A DNA stretch of 64,000 bases. It comes from Chitinophaga pinensis. GTDB taxonomy: Bacteria > Bacteroidota > Bacteroidia > Chitinophagales > Chitinophagaceae. Every line of letters starts with the position of its first letter. Within the stretch, counting starts at the first letter, position 1. Made by a program: the position numbers and the translations under genes. Shown in pieces: positions 9,884 to 18,989 of the stretch. The notes under the pieces are model-generated. The model was not told the origin of the DNA, made no database searches, and saw only the letters and a program-made list of their open reading frames with translations. The stretch spans positions 123-64,122 of the forward strand of contig CAMDVD010000013.1 in NCBI GenBank assembly GCA_945878115.1. The letters are read 5' to 3'.

Positions 9884-11326
9884 TTATTTAATTTTGGTAT
9901 AAATCATATACAATTTTGGTACCAAATTATTGGAGCTATTGCTACCGCGAAGGACAGAACGGTATGCTCCAGGTAATCCAATATTAGTACCCATTATTTT
10001 GAGCCTAAATGTAGTATCATTTTGTGATATAATTTTCTGAATTGTATTTGTAATTACAAATTTATATTGTGTGTAGTTAATACCAGCTTCTGAATAAGTA
10101 GACCTTTTGCCATCAACAAAACCAGATCCAAATGTGGAATATTCTTCTACAAACAAATCATTACCTGCAGTATCCGTTTTCAATATTTGCAAACGCGGGT
10201 TGAGTCCGCCGTACTGAATGGTATCGCTCCAAGATTCAAAAGGTGATATTGCAGTGAATGTAAGCTCGGCTTTATTGATAATGGAATTGGGGAAATTCTT
10301 CAGAGTAGGTATTCTGATTTGAGCAGCTAATCCTGGTTCTCCTTGTGCAAATAAAACAGAATCACCCAAAGGATTTAATATGCTTCCAACAAAATTGGCA
10401 GCTATACTTCCACTTCTTCTTCGGATAATTGTATTAAATCGATTACAATAATTTGGATCAAATGAGAATACACTAGAAGTTGTATCTTCTCCGCCGGTTG
10501 TTTTTGTATAGCGATAATAGATAATCAATCGCGTTTTATAATTGTTGAAATAGCCAATGGTGGATCCAGAATTACTGTCGGCTGGTGTGATATAAAATCC
10601 TTTCCACCAAGTTAAAAATTTAGAGAAATCTGCTGCTGCACCATTAGCGCCTAAATCAACTTGTGTTTGCAAGCTATCGCTAAACCAAGACGCTAATTTG
10701 AAACGAAGTTGTGGCTGTTGTTTTACGGTGCCAACTAATGGGGAATCTGTTTTAAACGTAGTGAAATTAACTGTTTGAGAGGCAATTAGATGGGTGAAGT
10801 CTGCTGAATCACGTGTGAAATCGTATTGTGCCGAATCACGTGAAAAGGTTTTAATGGAGCGATAAACATTAAATGTTTGGCTTACATTATTGGTTGTATC
10901 TCCCCAAGAAGAAACGAATGGAATAGATAAAACGATGGAATCAATTGTTCTTGTTGTACCAGTAGAATCCGTTTTGAATTGGAAATTTGTCGTTGCGGGT
11001 AACACTTCCACATGAAAAGAGGCATTTGTTTTTCCAAAAACTGCATCGCCAGAAATACTACCTAAAGCATGGTAAAAAGTTGTTGAACTAGAAACACGAG
11101 CACCGTTCAATACGCCTCCTGTTAATAAAGAATCCTGAACAATATTATTGGTTAGCAGACTAAAAGTGCTATCGAAGGTATTTATATTATCAATGGTTGG
11201 AACCAAATCGGGTGGTAGTATTGTATTTTCTTTACATCCCGACATCATAAAAAAAAGGATAGTAGAAACTACTAATCCATATATAGAAGATTTATTCATT
11301 TGCTTAAAATCCTTAAATTGAATCAT
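9884..11326 (-). CDS. DUF4270-like lipoprotein
   Basis: Lipoprotein-type signal (FFMMSGC). Its position between a short glgA-like gene and glmS is the usual Bacteroidota synteny for DUF4270. An alternative start is at 11299 (MNKSS). Confidence 0.6.
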   Translation of the reverse strand: MIQFKDFKQMNKSSIYGLVVSTILFFMMSGCKENTILPPDLVPTIDNINTFDSTFSLLTNNIVQDSLLTGGVLNGARVSSSTTFYHALGSISGDAVFGKTNASFHVEVLPATTNFQFKTDSTGTTRTIDSIVLSIPFVSSWGDTTNNVSQTFNVYRSIKTFSRDSAQYDFTRDSADFTHLIASQTVNFTTFKTDSPLVGTVKQQPQLRFKLASWFSDSLQTQVDLGANGAAADFSKFLTWWKGFYITPADSNSGSTIGYFNNYKTRLIIYYRYTKTTGGEDTTSSVFSFDPNYCNRFNTIIRRRSGSIAANFVGSILNPLGDSVLFAQGEPGLAAQIRIPTLKNFPNSIINKAELTFTAISPFESWSDTIQYGGLNPRLQILKTDTAGNDLFVEEYSTFGSGFVDGKRSTYSEAGINYTQYKFVITNTIQKIISQNDTTFRLKIMGTNIGLPGAYRSVLRGSNSSNNLVPKLYMIYTKIK

Positions 11327-11331
11327 TAAAA

Positions 11332-12156
11332 TTATTTGCCTGCCAAGGTACTATAGAGATCCATGATTTCTGTTATGTCACTCTCTTCTGTAGCGAAATT
11401 TAACACTTTTTTGTTTTTTGTCGGCTTGACTTCGCTGATCACTTTCGCATCAATCTCATTGCCAGCAAAGATTACAGCATCTGCATTTTTCGTAGCACCA
11501 TGGTACATGTCAACATTTGCACCTTCTTTATAAATGTCTACATCCTTGTCTTTTAGAGGCGTACTTGCTAAAAGTTGTTTGCCAAAATTAGCATTTAACT
11601 TTTCGTTGTATGTAGATTTGGTTAAAGAGAAAACGATTTTTGAGTTTGCAAAAACTGGTTCTTTTTTATAAAAAGATTTGATATACATCGGTATCAATGC
11701 ACTCATCCAACCATGAACATGAATAACATCAGGAGGCCAACCAAATTTTTTCACTGTTTCAAGAGCACCTTTACAAAAGAAGATTGCTCTTTCTGCATTG
11801 TCGCTGTAAAATTGATCTTGTTCGTCTCTGAAAGTTGTTTTGCGTTTATACATGTCTTCATTATCCATAAAATAAACTTGTAAACGCGCATTAGGAAGGG
11901 AAGCTACTTTAATAACCAAAGGATAATCTTCATTATCTACATTTATATTGATACCAGAAAGACGAACAACCTCATGTAATCTGTGTCGGCGTTCATTAAT
12001 ACTCCCAAAACGAGGCATGATACATCTTACTTCGTAGCCAGTTTCGTTTGATTTGACGGCGAGTTGATTTAATATCTTTGCAAAGTCTGTCTCCTCATTA
12101 TAAGGCGCTAATTCGTGCGTAATAAAAAGAATTTTTTTCTTTTGAATGATTGACAT
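11332..12156 (-). CDS. Short glycogen/starch-synthase-like protein (N-terminal GT5 domain only)
   Basis: 274 aa; KILFITHELAPY and MPRFG motifs. Divergent from panC, as in many Bacteroidota. Confidence 0.7.
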   Translation of the reverse strand: MSIIQKKKILFITHELAPYNEETDFAKILNQLAVKSNETGYEVRCIMPRFGSINERRHRLHEVVRLSGININVDNEDYPLVIKVASLPNARLQVYFMDNEDMYKRKTTFRDEQDQFYSDNAERAIFFCKGALETVKKFGWPPDVIHVHGWMSALIPMYIKSFYKKEPVFANSKIVFSLTKSTYNEKLNANFGKQLLASTPLKDKDVDIYKEGANVDMYHGATKNADAVIFAGNEIDAKVISEVKPTKNKKVLNFATEESDITEIMDLYSTLAGK

Positions 12157-12260
12157 TAAGGTTAATTTATTGGTGCGATATACATTTCGGGGGGCGAATG
12201 TACAATTTTTTTACCTAAAAATGCCTATTAATTGATTCCCTACATATATATTTGGCTCAT

Positions 12261-13100
12261 ATGCATATTCTACAATTTGCAAAAGACCTTACGGAATTAC
12301 TGTCTTCAACGAAAAATACCATTGGATTTGTACCTACAATGGGCGCATTACATGAAGGGCACTTGTCTTTAATTCAACAAGCAAAACAAGAAAATGAAAT
12401 TACAGTTTGCAGCATATTTGTGAACCCGACGCAATTTAATGACCCCAAAGATTTTGCAAAATATCCAATTACCATTGCAGAAGATATCGAAAAATTGCTA
12501 AGCGTAGGAACGGATATTTTATTTCTTCCAGATGTAAAAGAAATGTATCCATTCGGGATGGACAATTTGGAAGTCTATGTTATTGGCTATTTAGATACCA
12601 TATTAGATGGTAAATATAGACCTGGTCATTTTAATGGGGTTTGTAATATTGTACATAAATTATTGATGATAGTTGAACCAACTCGCTTGTATATGGGTCA
12701 GAAGGATTTTCAGCAATGTTTGGTGGTGAAGCGACTTTTAGAAATTACACAATCTTCTGTGGAATTAATCACTTGTTCTACACTTCGCGAATCAGATGGC
12801 TTGGCAATGAGTTCACGAAATACACTTTTGTCCACTGAAAGCAGAGAAAAGGCAAGGGCCATTTATAGTTGTTTACAATATATACGTACACATTGGCAGA
12901 TTCAATCATTTACTATATTGGCTGAACATTGTGCAGGCGAATTGCGTGAGATTGGTTTGGAACCTGAATATATTTTATTGGCGGAGGCAGATACTTTAAT
13001 TCTACTTCCAGATTTTGATTCGAGTAGAAAAATGGTTGTTTTGATAGCTGCAAAATTAGACGGAATACGTTTGATAGATAATCTATTAATTGTTCATTAA
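12261..13100 (+). CDS. panC: Pantoate--beta-alanine ligase
   Basis: GFVPTMGALHEGHLSLI motif. ATG 12261 preferred over the TTG at 12252. Confidence 0.9.
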   Translation: MHILQFAKDLTELLSSTKNTIGFVPTMGALHEGHLSLIQQAKQENEITVCSIFVNPTQFNDPKDFAKYPITIAEDIEKLLSVGTDILFLPDVKEMYPFGMDNLEVYVIGYLDTILDGKYRPGHFNGVCNIVHKLLMIVEPTRLYMGQKDFQQCLVVKRLLEITQSSVELITCSTLRESDGLAMSSRNTLLSTESREKARAIYSCLQYIRTHWQIQSFTILAEHCAGELREIGLEPEYILLAEADTLILLPDFDSSRKMVVLIAAKLDGIRLIDNLLIVH

Positions 13101-13158
13101 GGAATATTATTTGTTCAATAATGACAAGCAAAGTATGTTTCTTCTAAAATAATAATCC

Positions 13159-14118
13159 ATGAAACAGTCCATTTTATTTCTTGCTCTATTTCTTTTTTTC
13201 GCTACAACGGCGAATGCACAATTTTTACCTACTGCAAATCTGACCATCTTTTCGGAGAGTGGCGATAAATTTTTCTTGATATTAAATGGGGAGCGACAAA
13301 ATGAAGCTGCCCAAACAAATATTCGATTGGAAGAATTGCCACAGCCTTACTACAATTGTAAAATTATTTTTGAAAACCCAGCTATGAAAGAAATTTCAAA
13401 GTCTGTTTTAATGGTTGTCGATGCGAACAATGTTCCGCAAGATGTCACCTACCGAATTAAAAAAGATAAATCTGGAAAGGCAGTATTGCGTTTTTATTCT
13501 TTTTCGCCAGCGGAGCAAAATATGCCACGACCTAGTAATTGTGCGGTGTATAGATTTAATCACCCAGATGAAATTATTTATGGTGGGGGCGTTCAAATGG
13601 GTGTAGAGTCACGCAATAATACAACTACTACGCGTGCAGGAGTGAGTATAGGAGGAGTGAATTTAGGCGTAAATGTTTCTGTCAATGAGTCACAAAGCCA
13701 GTCACGCAATGGAGGACAGCAAGGAGAAATAATCAGTTATGATCAACCGAATAATCAAAATTATAGCTATCAAGATAATAATAATCGCCAACGAAATAAT
13801 AATCATCGCTCAGATTGTAATGGCATGAGCAATATGAACTTTCAAGATGCGATGAAAAGCATTAAGGAATCCGGTTTTGATGAAACTCGACTTTCAACCG
13901 CACAACAAATTATTGAAAGCAATTGCATGACTGCGAATCAAATTGTAGAAGTTTGCAAAGCCATGAGTTTTGAAGAAACGAAATTAAGTTTTGCAAAATT
14001 TGCTTATGCCTATTGTCTCGATGCCAATAATTATTTTAATGTATCGAAGGTATTTAGTTTTGATGCCTCCAAGCAAGAGTTGAATGAGTATGTCAGAAAT
14101 CAAAAATCTACACGATAA
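13159..14118 (+). CDS. DUF4476-like secreted protein with N/Q-rich linker
   Basis: Signal peptide MKQSILFLALFLFFATTANAQ. The C-terminal helical module (FDETRLSTAQQIIESN...FEETKLSFAKFAY) resembles DUF4476. Confidence 0.55.
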   Translation: MKQSILFLALFLFFATTANAQFLPTANLTIFSESGDKFFLILNGERQNEAAQTNIRLEELPQPYYNCKIIFENPAMKEISKSVLMVVDANNVPQDVTYRIKKDKSGKAVLRFYSFSPAEQNMPRPSNCAVYRFNHPDEIIYGGGVQMGVESRNNTTTTRAGVSIGGVNLGVNVSVNESQSQSRNGGQQGEIISYDQPNNQNYSYQDNNNRQRNNNHRSDCNGMSNMNFQDAMKSIKESGFDETRLSTAQQIIESNCMTANQIVEVCKAMSFEETKLSFAKFAYAYCLDANNYFNVSKVFSFDASKQELNEYVRNQKSTR

Positions 14119-14230
14119 ACATTAGTCGGGTTAGTAAAGAATGTTGTAATTGTATTTGCTAAGAAGCATGTTTGGATTATAGAAAAATTAGCTGCTTTGC
14201 CATTTTATGTACACAATTTGTAAGAAGGTG

Positions 14231-14325
14231 CATTGCGGCAACGATTGTAGTGGAAATCCTTTTTGCAGCGGAGCAAGCAAAAAGATTGGAACGGAAAGCG
14301 TGAGTGCCGCCCTAAAATATTCTCA
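14231..14325 (+). repeat. Structured intergenic element, copy 1 (candidate ncRNA / MITE-like)
   Basis: CATTGCGGCAACGATTGTAGTGGAAATCC-TTTTTGC(AGCGGAGCAA)GCAAAAA-GATTGGAACGGAAAGCGTGAGTGCCGCCCTAAAATATTCTCA. Aligns by eye with the copies at 17954, 36321 and 46185. Confidence 0.75.
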
Positions 14326-14412
14326 ACCCATTTTTTTCCTGTCTTAAATAATAATGGACAAGTATTACATTTACGTTTCCAAATTGAATCATTAATCGTG
14401 TTAGGAAATAGG

Positions 14413-16392
14413 ATGGCAAGAAAAAAATATTATAGGGTGGGTGAGTGTAGCATTCGATTACACGTTATTCTATTATTCAGCTTTTTCTGTTTTTTGCAAA
14501 TACTAGCTTCTACTATTTCCATGGCACAAAGTAATGCGGATAGTTTGCAATTGTATAAGACAAAGTATAAGCAATGTGAAGAATTATTTTTACAAGGTAA
14601 GTATGATAAAGCGATTTCCGCCTTTCAAAAATTAAGTGATCAATTCCCAAAGGATGTAAAAAGTAATGTCCGCTTAGCAGAATTGTTTTATGTAAAAAAA
14701 GATAAAACAAATACCTTGTACTATGCCAATAAAGCTATTGATTTAAATGCCGATATTGCTTATTCCCCGCTCACCACACTGACGAATAAAATGAATCGCA
14801 ATAAAGATGATGAATTGGCGATTTTGATTTTGAATCGTTTATCTGTTTCGACTACGGATAGTGTAAAAATGCAACGTTCTTACATGAATCGAGAAAAATT
14901 GGCATTGCAACAATATGCAGATCGCACACCCGTGCCTGGCGTGCATCTGGAGAATATGGGTGATAGTATTAATTCATTGGAAGATGAGTATTTACCTTCC
15001 ATTAGTTTGGATGGAAATACATTGGTCTTCACGCGAAAAGTTGGTGGTGGCAATGAAGATTTTTTTATTGCAAAAAGAGATTCGAATCAAATATGGCATA
15101 AAGCAAAAAATATGGGCTATCCACCCAATACCAATATGCCGGATGGTGCAGCTACCTTGAGCGCAGATGGATATTATTTATTTTATACACGTTGTGATAT
15201 GCGAAGCCCAAATGGGATTTCTGGTGGTGGTTGCGATTTGGCTTTTAGTTATCGAGAAGATAGTGTATGGAGTTCGCCGCAATACTTTGGTGAAACTATT
15301 AATACAACTGCGTTTGAAGGACAAGCAAGTTTAAGTAGCGATAATACCGATTTGTATTTTGTCAGCAATAGACCAGGTGGATATGGTGGTACGGATATTT
15401 GGGTTTCTCATTTTGTGAATACCTTATGGACATTGCCCGAAAATGTAGGACCTATGATTAACACGGCTAAAAATGAATCCTCGCCATTTATACATCCGGA
15501 TAATGAAACTTTATATTTTGCCAGTGATGGACAAATTGGATTAGGTTCTTCGGATTTATTTGTAAGTCGACGAAATAAAAATGGCACTTGGAAAGCACCG
15601 ATTAATTTAGGTGCACCCATTAATACCAATCAATTTGATGGATCATTGGTGGTCAATGCAAAAGGAACGAAGGGTTATTGTACAGCGGCAAAAGCAAATG
15701 GAAAAGGTGGATTGGATTTGTATAGTTTTGATTTATACCCTGCTATACGACCAGTGCCTACCTTGTGTTTGAAGGGGCATGTAATAGATAAATATTTCAA
15801 GAATAATTTATATAATCGACAGATCGACTTTATCTATACCTACAACAATACCACCGTGGGAAGTATCAATAGCAATGATGGTGACGGGAGTTATGCCAAG
15901 GCTTTACAAATGGGAAAAACGTATGTATTGCAAGTGATAGAAGATGGATACAGACCCTATTATAAAACCGTACAATTGATGAACGATTCATTACCTGATG
16001 TGATCAACTTCGATATTAAATTGAGGCAACCTGGTTATAGAGATACCTTGTATAAAAATGTGTTGAAAATGGATAGCACACATGTGCAATTGGATTCTGC
16101 TTCGGCTGTACAAATAGATAGCATAATAAAACAATGGCATACGTGGAAAGAAGATAGTGCAACAGTAGTTATTTTTTTGAAAGGATATTATTATTGTTGT
16201 GATAGTATTGCGGATACTTTATTTAAAGCACGTGTAGATCAATGTCAACAACGATTAGATAATCTGACTGTAAAACTGAATAAGCATGGCATCAAATGTG
16301 ATGTGATCATGCAAGACATGGATATGCTTATTTGGCGTGATGATGAAACATTATTTGATGATGTGGAAGTGACTGTGGTGGAGGATTATTAG
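14413..16392 (+). CDS. TPR + PD40/TolB-like beta-propeller repeat envelope protein with degenerate OmpA-like C-terminus
   Basis: Start taken at ATG 14413 (MARKKYY), because the track start at 14263 lies inside the repeat element. Hydrophobic signal/anchor, TPR-like segment, and PD40-like motifs (DNTDLYFVSNRPGGYGGTDIW, ESSPFIHPDNETLYFASD). Confidence 0.6.
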   Translation: MARKKYYRVGECSIRLHVILLFSFFCFLQILASTISMAQSNADSLQLYKTKYKQCEELFLQGKYDKAISAFQKLSDQFPKDVKSNVRLAELFYVKKDKTNTLYYANKAIDLNADIAYSPLTTLTNKMNRNKDDELAILILNRLSVSTTDSVKMQRSYMNREKLALQQYADRTPVPGVHLENMGDSINSLEDEYLPSISLDGNTLVFTRKVGGGNEDFFIAKRDSNQIWHKAKNMGYPPNTNMPDGAATLSADGYYLFYTRCDMRSPNGISGGGCDLAFSYREDSVWSSPQYFGETINTTAFEGQASLSSDNTDLYFVSNRPGGYGGTDIWVSHFVNTLWTLPENVGPMINTAKNESSPFIHPDNETLYFASDGQIGLGSSDLFVSRRNKNGTWKAPINLGAPINTNQFDGSLVVNAKGTKGYCTAAKANGKGGLDLYSFDLYPAIRPVPTLCLKGHVIDKYFKNNLYNRQIDFIYTYNNTTVGSINSNDGDGSYAKALQMGKTYVLQVIEDGYRPYYKTVQLMNDSLPDVINFDIKLRQPGYRDTLYKNVLKMDSTHVQLDSASAVQIDSIIKQWHTWKEDSATVVIFLKGYYYCCDSIADTLFKARVDQCQQRLDNLTVKLNKHGIKCDVIMQDMDMLIWRDDETLFDDVEVTVVEDY

Positions 16393-16475
16393 ATATTGGT
16401 CACGGGTTGCAAACCCGCGCCAGCAAAGGAGGATTATTAATTATTGTTCACGGGTTGCAAACCCGCGCCAGCAAA
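16380..16475 (+). repeat. 48-bp tandem duplication (x2), each unit with a CGGGTT-GCA-AACCCG hairpin
   Basis: Unit 1 (16380-16427) is GGAGGATTATTAGATATTGGTCACGGGTTGCAAACCCGCGCCAGCAAA. Unit 2 (16428-16475) is GGAGGATTATTAATTATTGTTCACGGGTTGCAAACCCGCGCCAGCAAA. Unit 1 contains the last codons and the TAG stop of the upstream CDS. Confidence 0.85.
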
Positions 16476-16507
16476 GACGTTGTTTACTTGTTTGGACTAG
16501 ATGGTTT

Positions 16508-17818
16508 CTAATTTTTGATTATTTTCTTTTTAAATATTTCCCCTTTCAAGTCATGCGCTATCAAAAGATACATACCGCTATGTAAGTTACTCATTTGAAT
16601 TTCCAATGTATTTTGTTGTGCTACAATTTGTACAGGAATCAATTGACCAAGATTATTGTACATATTAATTCGGTAATCCGATAGCATACCTTTAGTAATG
16701 TTGATGGTAAGTCTGTCATTGATAGGATTAGGGTAAATATCGAATACTGCTTGATTATCTGGCTCTTCAATGGCTAATGGAAAACAATTAATTGCATTAC
16801 CAGTTTGCTCCGCAAAAGCTCCATTGTAAACACTCCAGTTATTCCACGTACCACCTGTTCCTGTTTTCCAAGTTTTAAGATTAAAAGTCTTAGTACCAGT
16901 ATTATCGCCTTTAATTTGGTAAACCTTTAAAGCTTGTCCACCCAAATTCCATGTCAATGGATTTGCTGCTGAGCAATTTTCTGGAGATTGAACCGCAAGT
17001 TCGCAATTGGATTGTATGAAATAGGCATTGTCATCATTTGTAGGAAATGCACCGAAAACTTTGGCTAAGCCATTTGTGTCAATGCACACCGCTGTGTATT
17101 CATCACATGCAATTGCTTTTGCATAATTACCATAATCCGATTGGATTCTAGCCAAAAATGTGACCAGTCTTCCTTTTCTATCTGGGTTATCAAAATGTGT
17201 ATCTGTTATGGTGTTATTCAAGAAAGTATTTTTAATAAAAGTTGTCGAATCTACTGTAACAAGATTATCAAATGGATTAGCAAGTGCCGTAGCTGAAGTT
17301 ACTGAACCATTTTGAGCAGAAAAATAATATTTGCCTTGAATTGCCATACCAGCACTGGTTCCACCAATCACGATTTTCCTTTGTTGTATGGCTTGATTAA
17401 TCGCGTTATCCACTGGTGTATTTCTCCAGTAACTTAAATAGGTCCATTGGTCACCACCAGCAAACCAAATTGCTTCTGCTTGATTTATTTTCTGTAATAC
17501 ATAGGCGTCGTTACTTGCTGATGCATTGTTACAAACTATTGTTTCTACCGAATTGACATTAATACCTAAACTGGAATACAAATACGAATTATAACCATTA
17601 GATCCAGTCGTTCGTAATACCAAAACATCGCCTCCATTGGCTCTTTGCAGAAACCACTTCATTGCATTGTCATCTTCAGTTGCTCCACCCATAATACATA
17701 CCCCGCCAATTGGTGTTGTAATCGTGTCGGCTGTATTTCCTGTAAAATAAGATGTATAATTTTGTCCGAAACCTATAAAAGGCATCATCGTTAAAATCAA
17801 GAATAGTAATTTCTTCAT
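16508..17818 (-). CDS. Peptidase S51 / cyanophycinase-like protein with T9SS type A C-terminal sorting domain
   Basis: Start at ATG 17818 (MKKLLFLILTMMPFIGFGQ signal). IWFAGGDQW and VIGGTSAGMAIQG motifs. C-terminal FDIYPNPINDRLTINI...GMYLLIAHDLKGEIFKKKIIKN is a T9SS CTD pattern. Confidence 0.6.
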   Translation of the reverse strand: MKKLLFLILTMMPFIGFGQNYTSYFTGNTADTITTPIGGVCIMGGATEDDNAMKWFLQRANGGDVLVLRTTGSNGYNSYLYSSLGINVNSVETIVCNNASASNDAYVLQKINQAEAIWFAGGDQWTYLSYWRNTPVDNAINQAIQQRKIVIGGTSAGMAIQGKYYFSAQNGSVTSATALANPFDNLVTVDSTTFIKNTFLNNTITDTHFDNPDRKGRLVTFLARIQSDYGNYAKAIACDEYTAVCIDTNGLAKVFGAFPTNDDNAYFIQSNCELAVQSPENCSAANPLTWNLGGQALKVYQIKGDNTGTKTFNLKTWKTGTGGTWNNWSVYNGAFAEQTGNAINCFPLAIEEPDNQAVFDIYPNPINDRLTINITKGMLSDYRINMYNNLGQLIPVQIVAQQNTLEIQMSNLHSGMYLLIAHDLKGEIFKKKIIKN

Positions 17819-17953
17819 GTGCTTATGTTTTTGTGTGAATTGTTTACGCATCATTTTCTCGATAAAAATAAGCATGGTTCAAAGATAATCGGCAGGGAGT
17901 AATTACCTAGTAATGCGAAAAGGAAATTCATGTGAAGAGCATAATTATTAGAT

Positions 17954-18056
17954 GTATTGCGGCAACGATAGAACGGAAATCCCGGATTTCGCTGCTTTGA
18001 GCGGAAACGGAATTGAAGTGATAGCGTGCTTGCCGCCCAAATAATTCTCACAATAC
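17954..18056 (+). repeat. Structured intergenic element, copy 2 (divergent apical helix)
   Basis: GTATTGCGGCAACGATAGAACGGAAATCC-CGGATTTCGCT(GCTTTG)AGCGGAAACGG-AATTGAAGTGATAGCGTGCTTGCCGCCCAAATAATTCTCACAATAC. Confidence 0.75.
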
Positions 18057-18083
18057 ATTTTGTTTTGTCTAAATAAATTTCAT

Positions 18084-18986
18084 CTAATGCAGCGAATTCA
18101 CAAAATCCTCTATACTCGAATATTTAAATTTAAACCCAGTACCGCTAATTTTTTCGGATGAAATTCGGCTTCCGTTTAGAAGGGAATCTGCAATTTCCCC
18201 GAATAATATTTTAATCATAAATCCAGGAATATTGGGCAAGAAAAAGGGCTTTTTAAAATGCTTGGCGAGTGTTCTCATTAATTGTGTATTGGAAATATAA
18301 TCGGGCGCAACGGCATTAAAAACGCCTTGTACATTTTTATCAGAAATTGCTTTCAAATAAATGCCACATAAATCATCCACATGTAACCATGGAAAATATT
18401 GTTTGCCGCTGCCAATGGATGCGCCCAAACCATAACGAATTGGCATACTTATTTTTTTATACGCTTCGCTATTTTCAGATAGTACGACGCCAGTTCGGGT
18501 CATTACTGTACGTATTCCAAGTTGAGTGAATTGGTTGGCGGCTAGCTCCCAATGATGGCAAGTATTTGCTAAAAAATCATCGCCGGGCAAATCATCTTCG
18601 TGACATATTTTATCCGATGTGGTACAACCATAATAGCCAGTAGCCGAAGCAGAAATAAACGCTTCCAGATGATTGGCATGTTTCGCTATTATGTCAAAAA
18701 GAAACTCCGTTGATTTTATTCTACTATCATAAATTTCTTTTTTCCATGCCGCATTCCATCTTTTCCCATTCACATTTGCACCAGCCAAATGAATGATCGC
18801 ATCCGCATTGGCAATCGCCTCTAAGTCTATTTGCTTTTGTTCCCAATTCCACAGATACTGCGGTATATCTAGCTTGGGATTTATTTTCCGAGTTAGGTAA
18901 CTTACAGTGTACCCATTTGCCTTTAGTAATGTTGTCAAGTGCATTCCCACAAAACCACTTCCTCCTGTTATTAAAATATTTTTCAT
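18084..18986 (-). CDS. TIGR01777-family NAD-dependent epimerase/dehydratase-fold protein (YfcH-like)
   Basis: 300 aa; N-terminal ILITGGSGFVG Rossmann motif and a C-terminal DUF1731-like tail. Confidence 0.7.
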   Translation of the reverse strand: MKNILITGGSGFVGMHLTTLLKANGYTVSYLTRKINPKLDIPQYLWNWEQKQIDLEAIANADAIIHLAGANVNGKRWNAAWKKEIYDSRIKSTEFLFDIIAKHANHLEAFISASATGYYGCTTSDKICHEDDLPGDDFLANTCHHWELAANQFTQLGIRTVMTRTGVVLSENSEAYKKISMPIRYGLGASIGSGKQYFPWLHVDDLCGIYLKAISDKNVQGVFNAVAPDYISNTQLMRTLAKHFKKPFFLPNIPGFMIKILFGEIADSLLNGSRISSEKISGTGFKFKYSSIEDFVNSLH

Positions 18987-18989
18987 TTT

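Noticed and set aside
14231-14325. Integron attC site or IS terminal inverted repeat with target-site duplication
   Set aside because: The RYYYAAC/GTTRRRY core sites are not present (CGGCAAC does not fit). No integrase or transposase is in the window. I see no flanking direct duplications at any of the four copies.
14263-14412. N-terminal 50 residues of the track ORF 14263-16392 (MQRSKQKDWNGKRECRP...)
   Set aside because: This stretch is the translation of repeat element copy 1. The ATG at 14413 is followed by a normal hydrophobic signal/anchor, so the CDS is started there.
17851-18051. 66-aa ORF here and 67-aa ORF at 46077-46280 (minus strand), both starting MR(I/D)IWAA across the four-copy element
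   Set aside because: The equivalent frame has a stop in copy 1 (TTG AGA ATA TTT TAG). The divergent central hairpins alter length and frame, so no conserved peptide exists. The similarity is nucleotide-level.
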